From Candidatus Kuenenbacteria bacterium HGW-Kuenenbacteria-1 (GTDB lineage Bacteria > Patescibacteriota > Patescibacteriia > UBA2591 > PGYQ01), in the NCBI GenBank assembly GCA_002839745.1, contig PGYQ01000004.1, positions 1 to 33,970 on the forward strand: a stretch of 33,970 bases of DNA. The letters are read 5' to 3'. The position numbers and the translations under genes were made by a program. Below the pieces are notes generated by a model. The model did not search any database, had not been told where the DNA came from, and saw only the letters and a program-made list of their open reading frames with translations. Shown piece by piece: positions 1 to 7,077 of the stretch. The number at the start of each line of letters is the position of its first letter. Positions within the stretch are counted from its first letter, which is position 1.

Positions 1-2
1 AA

Positions 3-2741
3 GATATAACAATAAAAAGCAATGTTATTATTCAGAAAAAACTTACTGTTCAAGGCGGAGCAACTTCTCAATTTAATGGCGCGTTAAAGGTTTTAGGGGG
101 TGGAGATGAAAAAGGTTTAATGATTGGTGATGCTACTTTGAAGTTAACAACAGATCAAAATTTAATTTATGGAGTAATAAAAGCCGATTCTGTTGGCAAT
201 TTAATGCTTTTACAAACAGGTGCTGGGAATGATAAATTTAAAGTTGATAAAGATGGAAATGTTACAGCGACAAAATTTAATGGAAATTTAACTGGAAATG
301 TTACTGGATCTTTAACTGGCAATGCAACTTCAGCCACAACCGCTACTTCTGCAACAACCGCTACTTCTGCAACAACCGCGACAAATTTAGTAGGCGCGCA
401 ATGGAGTATTCCTTATCAAAGCACTACAAATATTACGGCTATGTTGGCATCAGTAGCCGAAGATTCTGGCAAATTTTTAAAATCCAATGGAGCAGGAGCT
501 CCTACTTGGGCGACTGTTGCAGCTGGATCTCAAACTCCTTGGACAAGTGATATTAACGCCAATAGTAAAAATCTTTCTAATGTAGGAAACATTAGCTTGC
601 CGGATACAACAGCAACAACGGGTATAATTAAAGTTGGCACAGATAGATTTATTCATAATTTTGGGACTAATAATGTTTTTGTGGGTAGAAATGCTGGAAG
701 TTTGGAAATAGAAGAAGGGACTGGAAAGAATAATTCTGCATTAGGCAGTTCAGCTCTTTCTTCGCTCGTTAACGGCGATAATAATATTGCTATTGGAACT
801 TTAGCTCTTCAAAATAATGCATTTGGCAATAATAATATTGCAATAGGAGTTAAAGCTCTTGATGGTTATTCTTCTGATGGTGGTGATAATGTTGCTATAG
901 GAAATTCAGCTCTTTTAAAAGCTGAAAGTGGTAACTTTAATACTGTTCTTGGATCTAATGCAGGACATTTTAATTATACGGGAAGTAATAATGTTCTTTT
1001 GGGTTATCGAGCGGGATATGGAGCAGCAAATAGAAATTTATCAAATAATGTTCTTATTGGATATAAAGCTGGTTATACTATTAATAGTGGAGACTACGGT
1101 ACAGGAGGCATTGGCAATATAATTATTGGATATAATCAGGATGTGCCAACCCCAATAACTAGTTATCATCTTAATATTGGCGGGTTAATTTATGGAGATT
1201 TACTTAAGGGCAATGTCGGGATTGGGACAACAGGACCACTCGCGTCTCTTGAAGTAAAGCGAAATACACCGGATACAAATTTTGCCGCATGGATTGAGGG
1301 AACTGATGACAAAAATTATGGGTTGGGAGTGAATATTTTAAATACAACATCAAACAAAGCCATCGCTGATTTTAGATCTGGCAATGTTTCAAAACTTTTC
1401 ATCAGAGCGGATGGTAATGTCGGCATTGGAACAACAACTCCGAGAGCGTTTTTTGAAGTAAAACAAAATATAGCGAATATGAGTTTTACCGCATGGATTG
1501 AGGGGGCTAATGACTACAATGATGGGTTAGGAGTGAGTATTTTAAATACAGCATCAAACAAAGTCATTGCTGATTTTAGTTCTGGTAATGTTTCAAAACT
1601 TTACATCAGAGCAGATGGTAATGTCGGAATCGGGACAAGAGTACTGAGGAGAAAATTAGATATAAATGGAGATTTAACTACAAATGGTAATCTTTTAACT
1701 CAAATAGAAGGTGGTGCGTATTTTGGTAAAGTTGGGATTAAAGAAAATCAATGGGGTTTGAGTAATTACGGCAATACTTGGACAGCAACAGGTTCAGCAA
1801 AAAAGAATTGGTGGGCAGTTGCTATGTCTTCTGACGGCAAAATCCAGACAGCTGTTATTAATGGTAGTGACTACATCTATGTTTCTTCTAACTATGGTAA
1901 CACTTGGACAGCAACAGGTTCAGCAAAGTATTGGTTAGGAATTGCTATGTCTTCTGACGGCAAAATCCAGACAGCTGTTGCTTATGGTGGCTACATCTAT
2001 GTTTCTTCTGACCATGGCAACACTTGGACAGCAACAGGTTCAGAAATGAATTGGTTAGGAATTGCTATGTCTTCTGACGGCAAAATCCAGACAGCTGTTA
2101 CTTATGGTGACCACATCTATGTTTCTTCTAACTATGGTAACACTTGGAAAGCAACAGGTTTAGCAATGAATTGGCAAGGAGTTGCTATGTCTTCTGACGG
2201 CAAAATCCAGACAGCTGTTGCTACTGTTTGGGGCGGAAGACAAATCTATGTTTCTTCTAACTATGGCAACTCTTGGACAGCAACAGGTTCAGTAATGAAT
2301 TGGCAAGGAGTTGCTATGTCTTCTGACGGCAAAATCCAGACAGCTGTTACTTATGGTGGCTACATCTATGTTTCTTCTGACCATGGCAACACTTGGACAG
2401 CAACAGGTTCAGTAGTAATGAATTGGCGGGCAGTTGCTATGTCTTCTGACGGCAAAATCCAGACAGCTGTTGCTTGTGATGGTGGCCAAATCTATGTTTC
2501 ATATGCAAATTCGTTTATAAATGGTAATGTTGGGATAGGGACAACAAATCCTCAAAGTGCTTTACATATTCCGGATGGTAAATATATTCAAATTGAAGAT
2601 AATAATACAGGAACTCCACCTGTGGCAGATTGTGATAATAATAACGAAAGAGGAAGAATAAGTATTGACACAACTAATAATCGTCTCTATATTTGTAATG
2701 GAGCGTCAAGGGGTTGGGATTATATTCCTTTAACAAATTAA
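3..2741 (+). CDS. 5'-truncated giant repeat surface/adhesin-like protein (tail-fibre-like modules plus six Asp-box/BNR-like repeats)
   Basis: The frame is open from position 3, with no stop upstream of ATG 120, so the N-terminus lies outside the window. It contains (SATTAT)x3 from an 18-nt tandem repeat (330-383) and NxxAxG-type repeats like trimeric-adhesin or tail-fibre heads. It also has four GNVGIGTT motifs, a duplicated ~70-aa module, and six ~40-aa units carrying SxxxGxTW Asp-box signatures. Confidence 0.8.
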   Translation, partial: DITIKSNVIIQKKLTVQGGATSQFNGALKVLGGGDEKGLMIGDATLKLTTDQNLIYGVIKADSVGNLMLLQTGAGNDKFKVDKDGNVTATKFNGNLTGNVTGSLTGNATSATTATSATTATSATTATNLVGAQWSIPYQSTTNITAMLASVAEDSGKFLKSNGAGAPTWATVAAGSQTPWTSDINANSKNLSNVGNISLPDTTATTGIIKVGTDRFIHNFGTNNVFVGRNAGSLEIEEGTGKNNSALGSSALSSLVNGDNNIAIGTLALQNNAFGNNNIAIGVKALDGYSSDGGDNVAIGNSALLKAESGNFNTVLGSNAGHFNYTGSNNVLLGYRAGYGAANRNLSNNVLIGYKAGYTINSGDYGTGGIGNIIIGYNQDVPTPITSYHLNIGGLIYGDLLKGNVGIGTTGPLASLEVKRNTPDTNFAAWIEGTDDKNYGLGVNILNTTSNKAIADFRSGNVSKLFIRADGNVGIGTTTPRAFFEVKQNIANMSFTAWIEGANDYNDGLGVSILNTASNKVIADFSSGNVSKLYIRADGNVGIGTRVLRRKLDINGDLTTNGNLLTQIEGGAYFGKVGIKENQWGLSNYGNTWTATGSAKKNWWAVAMSSDGKIQTAVINGSDYIYVSSNYGNTWTATGSAKYWLGIAMSSDGKIQTAVAYGGYIYVSSDHGNTWTATGSEMNWLGIAMSSDGKIQTAVTYGDHIYVSSNYGNTWKATGLAMNWQGVAMSSDGKIQTAVATVWGGRQIYVSSNYGNSWTATGSVMNWQGVAMSSDGKIQTAVTYGGYIYVSSDHGNTWTATGSVVMNWRAVAMSSDGKIQTAVACDGGQIYVSYANSFINGNVGIGTTNPQSALHIPDGKYIQIEDNNTGTPPVADCDNNNERGRISIDTTNNRLYICNGASRGWDYIPLTN
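1761..2500 (+). repeat. Six tandem, near-identical 120-129 nt coding repeats (Asp-box/BNR-like blades)
   Basis: The 36-mer gctatgtcttctgacggcaaaatccagacagctgtt recurs at 1821, 1944, 2064, 2184, 2313 and 2436. The flanking tatgtttcttct...ggcaacacttggacagcaacaggttca is also conserved. Confidence 0.9.
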
Positions 2742-2821
2742 TCACAAATTTATTTTTTTTGGGCATTTAGTTTTTTCCCCTATCCTTGGCATTTGTTATT
2801 TTTATTGGCTAATTTAAACAA

Positions 2822-2858
2822 AAAAAAATAGCTATTTTACTATAATAGCTATTTTTTT
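2822..2858 (+). terminator. A-tract / hairpin / T-tract (bidirectional-type intrinsic terminator) after the surface protein gene
   Basis: In aaaaaaatagctatt-ttactat-aatagctattttttt, the palindromic atagctat arms (2828-2835 and 2845-2852) are extended by A/T runs. Confidence 0.5.
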
Positions 2859-2920
2859 ATTACAATTTTTTTATTTCTAATATGTTAACACAATGAAAAA
2901 AAGTGAGACCCTACATAAAA

Positions 2921-2949
2921 TTGTGTCTGGCATAGTTAAAATGTATAAT
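2921..2949 (+). promoter_or_regulatory. Putative transposase promoter inside the IS left end (TTGTGT-17-TATAAT)
   Basis: TTGTGT at 2921-2926, a 17-nt spacer, TATAAT at 2944-2949, and the ATG at 2979. Confidence 0.4.
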
Positions 2950-2978
2950 TAATTTTTATTAATTTAATTTTAAAAACT

Positions 2979-4178
2979 ATGCAAGACAAAAATAATAAGA
3001 CAACAAAAATTTTAGAGAAAAGTATTAAAAGTTTAAGAGAAAATTTAGATTCATTATCAATGGATAAGTTTATTGCAACAACTATTGAATCTTTAATGAG
3101 TATAGAAAGAGATGAATATTTGGAAAAAATTAATGATCCAAAAACAGATAAAGGAAATGGATATTATGGAAGAGCTATGAAAAGTCTTTCAAGCAATTCT
3201 CTTGTTGTAAACATTCCAAGAACAAGAGCAGGTTTGTTTTCTCCAGCAACATTAGAATTGTTAAAAATAAATAGAGGAAAGGTCGATGAAATTGCTTTGT
3301 CTTTATATAAAAGAGGAATGACCTCGCAAGACATTCAATCATTTCTTGATGAAGTTTTTGAAGAAGGAATGTCTCCAGCTAAAATATCAAATTTAGCGGA
3401 AACGTTTAATAAGTTTAGAGTTGCTTGGCAAAACGCAAAACTTGAAAAACATTATAAAGTTGTTTTTGGTGATGTTATTTTTATAACAGTAAGAAGAGAT
3501 AATGAATATACAAAAGAAGGCGCTTTTGTGGCTTATGGCGTAAGAGAAGATAATCGTAGAGAATTGCTTATTTTAGAGCTTAATCCGACTGAAGGAGCTA
3601 TATTTTGGGGTGAATTATTAAAAGATTTAAAAGAAAAAAGAGGTGTCGAAAAAATAGATTTATTTGTTGCTGATGGGATTCAAGGATTAGAGGATGAAGT
3701 ATTAAAATATTTTCCTGAAGCAGAATTTCAAAAATGTGTTGTTCATAAAATGAGAAATATTTTAAACAAAACTAGACCAAAAGAAAAAACAGAAATAGCA
3801 GAAGATTTAAAAGAAGTTTTTGATAATTTTGATAAAGATGCTACTATAAAGAAAGCTTTGGAAAAAGTAAATAATTTTTTGAAAAAATGGAAAAATAAAT
3901 ATCCAAATTTTAAAAATTATTTTAAAGAAGGAAACATAGAATATTATTTTACTTACATAAAATTTAATCCTGTTGTAAGAAGAATGATTTACACGACAAA
4001 TAGTCTTGAAAATTTAAACAGACAAATTAGAAAAACAACAAAAAATAAATTATCATTTGAATCACCTGAAAGACTGCTTGATTATTTATTTATGATTATT
4101 AAAGAATTTGAAGAAAAAAATTATATGAAATATCCAGTTTCAAATTATAAATATTTTAAGAAAATTACAAAAAGATAA
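2979..4178 (+). CDS. IS256/Mutator-family transposase
   Basis: DGIQGLEDEVLKYFPEAEFQKCVVHKMRNIL and YTTNSLENLNRQIRKTTK match the conserved DDE-region motifs of IS256 transposases (D-G-x-x-G-L, CxVH, YTTN-x-x-E-x-x-N). The 399-aa length is typical. Confidence 0.9.
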   Translation: MQDKNNKTTKILEKSIKSLRENLDSLSMDKFIATTIESLMSIERDEYLEKINDPKTDKGNGYYGRAMKSLSSNSLVVNIPRTRAGLFSPATLELLKINRGKVDEIALSLYKRGMTSQDIQSFLDEVFEEGMSPAKISNLAETFNKFRVAWQNAKLEKHYKVVFGDVIFITVRRDNEYTKEGAFVAYGVREDNRRELLILELNPTEGAIFWGELLKDLKEKRGVEKIDLFVADGIQGLEDEVLKYFPEAEFQKCVVHKMRNILNKTRPKEKTEIAEDLKEVFDNFDKDATIKKALEKVNNFLKKWKNKYPNFKNYFKEGNIEYYFTYIKFNPVVRRMIYTTNSLENLNRQIRKTTKNKLSFESPERLLDYLFMIIKEFEEKNYMKYPVSNYKYFKKITKR

Positions 4179-4398
4179 AAAAGCTAGACACACTTTTATG
4201 AACGGTCCCAAAAGTTTTTTGAAAATAGGAGGGAAAAATGTGAAATAATAATAATATTACAAGCGCAACACTTTGTCAATGGTTATTTAACTTAAAAGAA
4301 AAGGAATCACCATTCATCCTCATTTTTTTTGTTATCTCTTAATAAAGATGGAGGTTGTGTAAAAATTTTTGACAAGTATTTAAAATAAGACTACTAAC

Positions 4399-4443
4399 TT
4401 ATTTAGTCCATGGAACAGTCTATGGACTATTGGCTAAAATTAG
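4399..4443 (+). repeat. R2 hairpin module, copy 1 (A part only)
   Basis: The sequence is ttatttagtccatggaacagtctatggactattggctaaaattag. It contains the inverted repeat agtccat(g/a)g-N6-ctatggact. Confidence 0.85.
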
Positions 4444-4482
4444 TCCAAAAGCAATCTCTTTGTTCTTGTATTTGTATTTTTA

Positions 4483-4620
4483 TTATTTTAGTCCATAGAA
4501 CAGTCTATGGACTATTGGCTAAAATTAGATAAAATTGGCTAAAATTAGATAAAATAATTTGGGTTTAATGGTTAAAAATGGTTGCTATAATAGTTAAATT
4601 TGTTTTATTATTAGAATAAA
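4483..4620 (+). repeat. R2 module, copy 2 (A+B, with an internal 20-nt tandem duplication)
   Basis: The same hairpin with a perfect 9-bp stem, then ataaaattggctaaaattag duplicated. The shared B part follows: ataaaataatttgggtttaatggttaaaaatggttgctataatagttaaatttgtttta. Confidence 0.85.
4583..4591 (+). promoter_or_regulatory. Extended -10 promoter element TGcTATAAT inside R2 (second copy at 4862-4870)
   Basis: An exact TGnTATAAT match on the + strand in both long R2 copies. Confidence 0.4.
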
Positions 4621-4658
4621 TATTAAATTTATTATTAAAACATTTTAACTATTATGAC

Positions 4659-4710
4659 AAAATTAATTATACATTTTTACTATGCTAGACACAATTTTAT
4701 GTAGGGTCTC
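4659..4710 (-). repeat. Solo 52-bp inverted copy of the IS256 left end
   Basis: The reverse complement of 2905-2956 matches 4659-4710 at 50/52. It retains the TTGTGT-17-TATAAT promoter, pointing leftward. Similarity stops exactly at 52 nt. Confidence 0.85.
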
Positions 4711-4723
4711 AAAATATATAACT

Positions 4724-4754
4724 AAAACCGGGTTTTAATTTAAGACCCGGTTTT
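4724..4754 (+). terminator. Bidirectional-type hairpin terminator
   Basis: aaaaccgggt-tttaatttaag-acccggtttt: a 10-bp stem with A/T-run flanks. Confidence 0.45.
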
Positions 4755-4782
4755 AAAAATGATCCAAATTTATTTTAGAAAT

Positions 4783-4900
4783 TTATTTAGTCCATGGAAC
4801 AGTCTATGGACTATTGGCTAAAATTAGATAAAATAATTTGGGTTTAATGGTTAAAAATGGTTGCTATAATAGTTAAATTTGTTTTAAGATTAGAATAAAA
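4783..4900 (+). repeat. R2 module, copy 3 (A+B)
   Basis: Near-identical to 4483-4620, but without the internal 20-nt duplication. Confidence 0.85.
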
Positions 4901-4912
4901 TAATATAATTTG

Positions 4913-4959
4913 GATTATTTTTTTTCTTTTTTTCATCCCCACCGTGTTAACACAGTGGG
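4913..4959 (+). repeat. R3 boundary module, copy a (T-rich tract plus palindromic hairpin)
   Basis: The sequence is gattattttttttctttttttcatccccaccgtgttaacacagtggg. The hairpin is ccac-c-gtgttaacac-a-gtgg. Confidence 0.85.
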
Positions 4960-5036
4960 GGGTGGAGTTATGGGTTGGGGTGTTGTGAAAAAAATTAATT
5001 TTAATTTAATCACTAACCCCAACCCTATTTTTTCCC

Positions 5037-5780
5037 CTATTCTATCCTCCTTGGGGAGGCTGGGTCGGTGCAGTTAATTATTGCATCAACCATTCTTTCC
5101 CCCCCTCTCTGAGAGGTAAATAAGTACGAGATCTTAACGATCCCCCCTTTTACCTCAAGAATACGACAATTATTAGGGGCTGTCCAGTCGCCCCCATTAA
5201 CTTCAAAAAACGAAAACTGCATGGTGGTCAGATCCACTATGCAGAGGCCGGCTTTTTCACCGGCCTTACCTCCCGTTCCTACTCCTATGTAGGCACGGGT
5301 TCCATCCACCACGATGGAAAAGCCAACTCCAGGAATAGAGAGCTGGCCTGTCAGTAACGGAGTATTAGGGTCGCTGACGTCGACCCGCAACAACAGATTA
5401 TTGCCCTTTGTTAAAAGGGCACCCCCATCTGCTGTCGCAATATAGGCTATACTGCCTATATTAATCGCAATTTGGGGTATTTGATAAGAGGGTACCCCAA
5501 CCCTTGCCAAGTCGAAACTTGGCTCTCTTGGCTCAGCATAAGCGACCCATTCGTCGCTTATCCTTGCCTTCGGTACCACCACCACTGACGGTGGAGGCAA
5601 CATACCGTGGTCAACTACCACGGTAGTTCCATCCGGGAGTATCAAGGGAGCGAGTTCTGGCGGAACTCGCAATTCCTTTGCTTGCTGGTAGATGGCCCCA
5701 GCAAGACTTTTCGCATTGGCTGGGGCAATGGCCCCAGCCAACAACGCTACTGTTACTACGCTAACTAATAACTTTCTCAT
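5037..5780 (-). CDS. Secreted protein of foreign composition, possibly with LVIVD-like beta-propeller repeats
   Basis: N-terminal signal peptide MRKLLVSVVTVALLAGAIAPANA. GGAG sits 9 nt upstream of the ATG. About 48% GC (29/60 at 5041-5100). The segments ...LLLRVDVSDPNTP... and ...GLCIVDLTT... resemble LVIVD repeats; that family call is weak. Confidence 0.7.
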   Translation of the reverse strand: MRKLLVSVVTVALLAGAIAPANAKSLAGAIYQQAKELRVPPELAPLILPDGTTVVVDHGMLPPPSVVVVPKARISDEWVAYAEPREPSFDLARVGVPSYQIPQIAINIGSIAYIATADGGALLTKGNNLLLRVDVSDPNTPLLTGQLSIPGVGFSIVVDGTRAYIGVGTGGKAGEKAGLCIVDLTTMQFSFFEVNGGDWTAPNNCRILEVKGGIVKISYLFTSQRGGERMVDAIINCTDPASPRRIE

Positions 5781-5814
5781 TTTTTTTGTCTCCTTTTAAT
5801 TTAAATTTTTTGGG

Positions 5815-6291
5815 CTAGAAGAAAAAAAATAGCCCAAAATTTAGAATTTTTTCTTCGGTTTTTTTTTCATCTCCCACGCCAGAGAGATTTAAAAAAACCT
5901 TGCCATAATCTATGTTTAAAAAAATTTTTTTGGTGAATTTGAGCTCAATTCCTCCAAAAAAATTTTTTGAATCTGTAGATCCACTTATTTTGTCGCCTTC
6001 ATCATTGACGACTGTGAATCTACCTTTACCTACTCCCATCCCGGAGTAAAAAATTACCCTCCAGGCGGGATTAAGGCGGTAGATACCTCGGATGGTACCT
6101 ACTAGAACTCCAGGAACAGCGCTTCCTTGGAGTTCTACGCCAAGATGATCAAGAATGATCACCTTGGCATTAAGTGAGTCGAGTCCAAACCCGACTCCAC
6201 ACATAATATTATCATCGGAAGTGGCATAGGCTGGCGCAATTACCAGCATCATCAATGCCATTACTACTACGCTAACTAATAACTTTTTCAT
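5815..6291 (-). CDS. Small secreted protein, possibly beta-barrel-like with a C-terminal Phe
   Basis: Signal peptide MKKLLVSVVVMALMMLVIAPAYA. AGGAGG sits 8 nt upstream of the ATG. Alternating G/hydrophobic pattern, ending in ...NFGLFFFF. The 5' two-thirds are GC-rich and the 3' third is AT-rich. Confidence 0.6.
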   Translation of the reverse strand: MKKLLVSVVVMALMMLVIAPAYATSDDNIMCGVGFGLDSLNAKVIILDHLGVELQGSAVPGVLVGTIRGIYRLNPAWRVIFYSGMGVGKGRFTVVNDEGDKISGSTDSKNFFGGIELKFTKKIFLNIDYGKVFLNLSGVGDEKKTEEKILNFGLFFFF

Positions 6292-6426
6292 TTTTTTATC
6301 CTCCTAAGACTTGAATATACCGCTATAAATCTAGCGGTATTGTGTTTGAAAAGAAATTTTTTTTATGCCATGTTTAGGGGTCGTATCCCCAAACATTAAA
6401 TTCTTATTTTCAAACAAAATACCACT

Positions 6427-6466
6427 CTTTTGTCAATCTATTTATTCACTTTTGTGTTACCATATT
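6427..6466 (-). repeat. R4 boundary/promoter module, copy a
   Basis: cttttgtcaatctatttattcacttttgtgttaccatatt is 38/40 identical to 7647-7686. It carries TTGACA on the minus strand (6431-6436). Confidence 0.85.
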
Positions 6467-6490
6467 TATGGGTGTTGAAAATTTATAGTT

Positions 6491-6535
6491 GATTATTTTT
6501 TTCTTTTTTCGTCCCCACCGTGTTAACACAGTGGG
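6491..6535 (+). repeat. R3 boundary module, copy b
   Basis: gattatttttttcttttttcgtccccaccgtgttaacacagtggg has the same orientation as 4913-4959. It differs only in T-run lengths and one a/g change. Confidence 0.85.
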
Positions 6536-6706
6536 AATTTAAAATTTATAATTTTTTAAATTATTAAAGGATGAATTTTCTCTTTATTAAATAATTAGAA
6601 AAGGTTTCTGATTATTTAGCAATGAAGAAAAAAGAAAAAAAATAACCTCTATTCGCATAATAAAATAGGCAAAATTTGTCTGACAAATTTTACACTTGAA
6701 ATATTT

Positions 6707-6841
6707 TGTCATTCCCGCCCTTGATGAAACTCGTGGCAGGTTCCAAAGGGAATCCAGAGAAGACTGTCATCCTCGCGAATGCGGGGATCCAGATTTAATT
6801 AACTTATGAAACCTGGATTCCCGTTGTCACGGGAATGACAG
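6707..6841. repeat. GC-rich REP/MITE-like hairpin repeats (GTCATTCCCG...CGGGAATGAC type)
   Basis: Three units: 6707-6757, 6764-6792 (ctgtcatcctcgcgaatgcggggatccag) and the inverted 6812-6841 (cctggattcccgttgtcacgggaatgacag). The last two form a ~78-nt inverted pair. Confidence 0.7.
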
Positions 6842-7077
6842 AAAGAGAATAATCATTCAAATTCCGATACAATAAAATAAGCCTTTTCACACATTTAAGT
6901 CTCCCTGATAGAGTTTGCCCCGTTGAATAACTGGGAAAAATTTAGAGGGTTTCTGTTTTTAAAATCCCCCAACCCCCTTTATCAAGGGGGCTAATCAATT
7001 CTGTCTCCCTGATAAGGGGGATTAAGGGGGTTTCTTTTTCTTTGTAATATTCAAATTCCGATGCAATAAAAATTATT

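Larger units (their letters stand above)
2905..4209 (+). mobile_element. IS256-family insertion sequence (about 1.3 kb)
   Basis: A single Mutator/IS256-type transposase ORF. The left end gagaccctacataaaattgtgtctggc (from 2905) matches the right end at 4183-4209 (gctagacacacttttatgaacggtccc) at 22/27 as an inverted repeat. The hexamer aaaagt directly abuts both ends (2899-2904 and 4210-4215), a possible short target duplication. Confidence 0.8.

Noticed and set aside
3-2741. Prophage tail-fibre gene.
   Set aside because: Only tail-fibre-like sequence motifs are present. No other phage structural, lysis or integrase genes are in the window. Similar GNVGIGTT-type repeats are also common in cellular surface proteins.
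2771-2791. ttttttcccctat..ccttgg resembles 5029-5056 at the 3' end of the 247-aa island gene, a possible remnant of a second island copy.
   Set aside because: Only about 13 contiguous identical nucleotides are shared, mostly homopolymer. That is too short to separate from chance.
3-2978. Diversity-generating retroelement acting on the repeat surface protein (DGRs are common in CPR genomes).
   Set aside because: No reverse-transcriptase ORF is present. No non-coding template repeat resembles the 3' end of the gene. The C-terminus does not look like a C-type lectin variable region.
4399-4620. Possible mini-CRISPR array: two ~45-nt hairpin-containing repeats separated by a ~40-nt unique spacer.
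   Set aside because: There are only two adjacent copies. The third copy is 300 bp away and shares about 75 extra nucleotides of flank, so the true repeat unit is much longer than a CRISPR repeat. No cas genes are present in the window.
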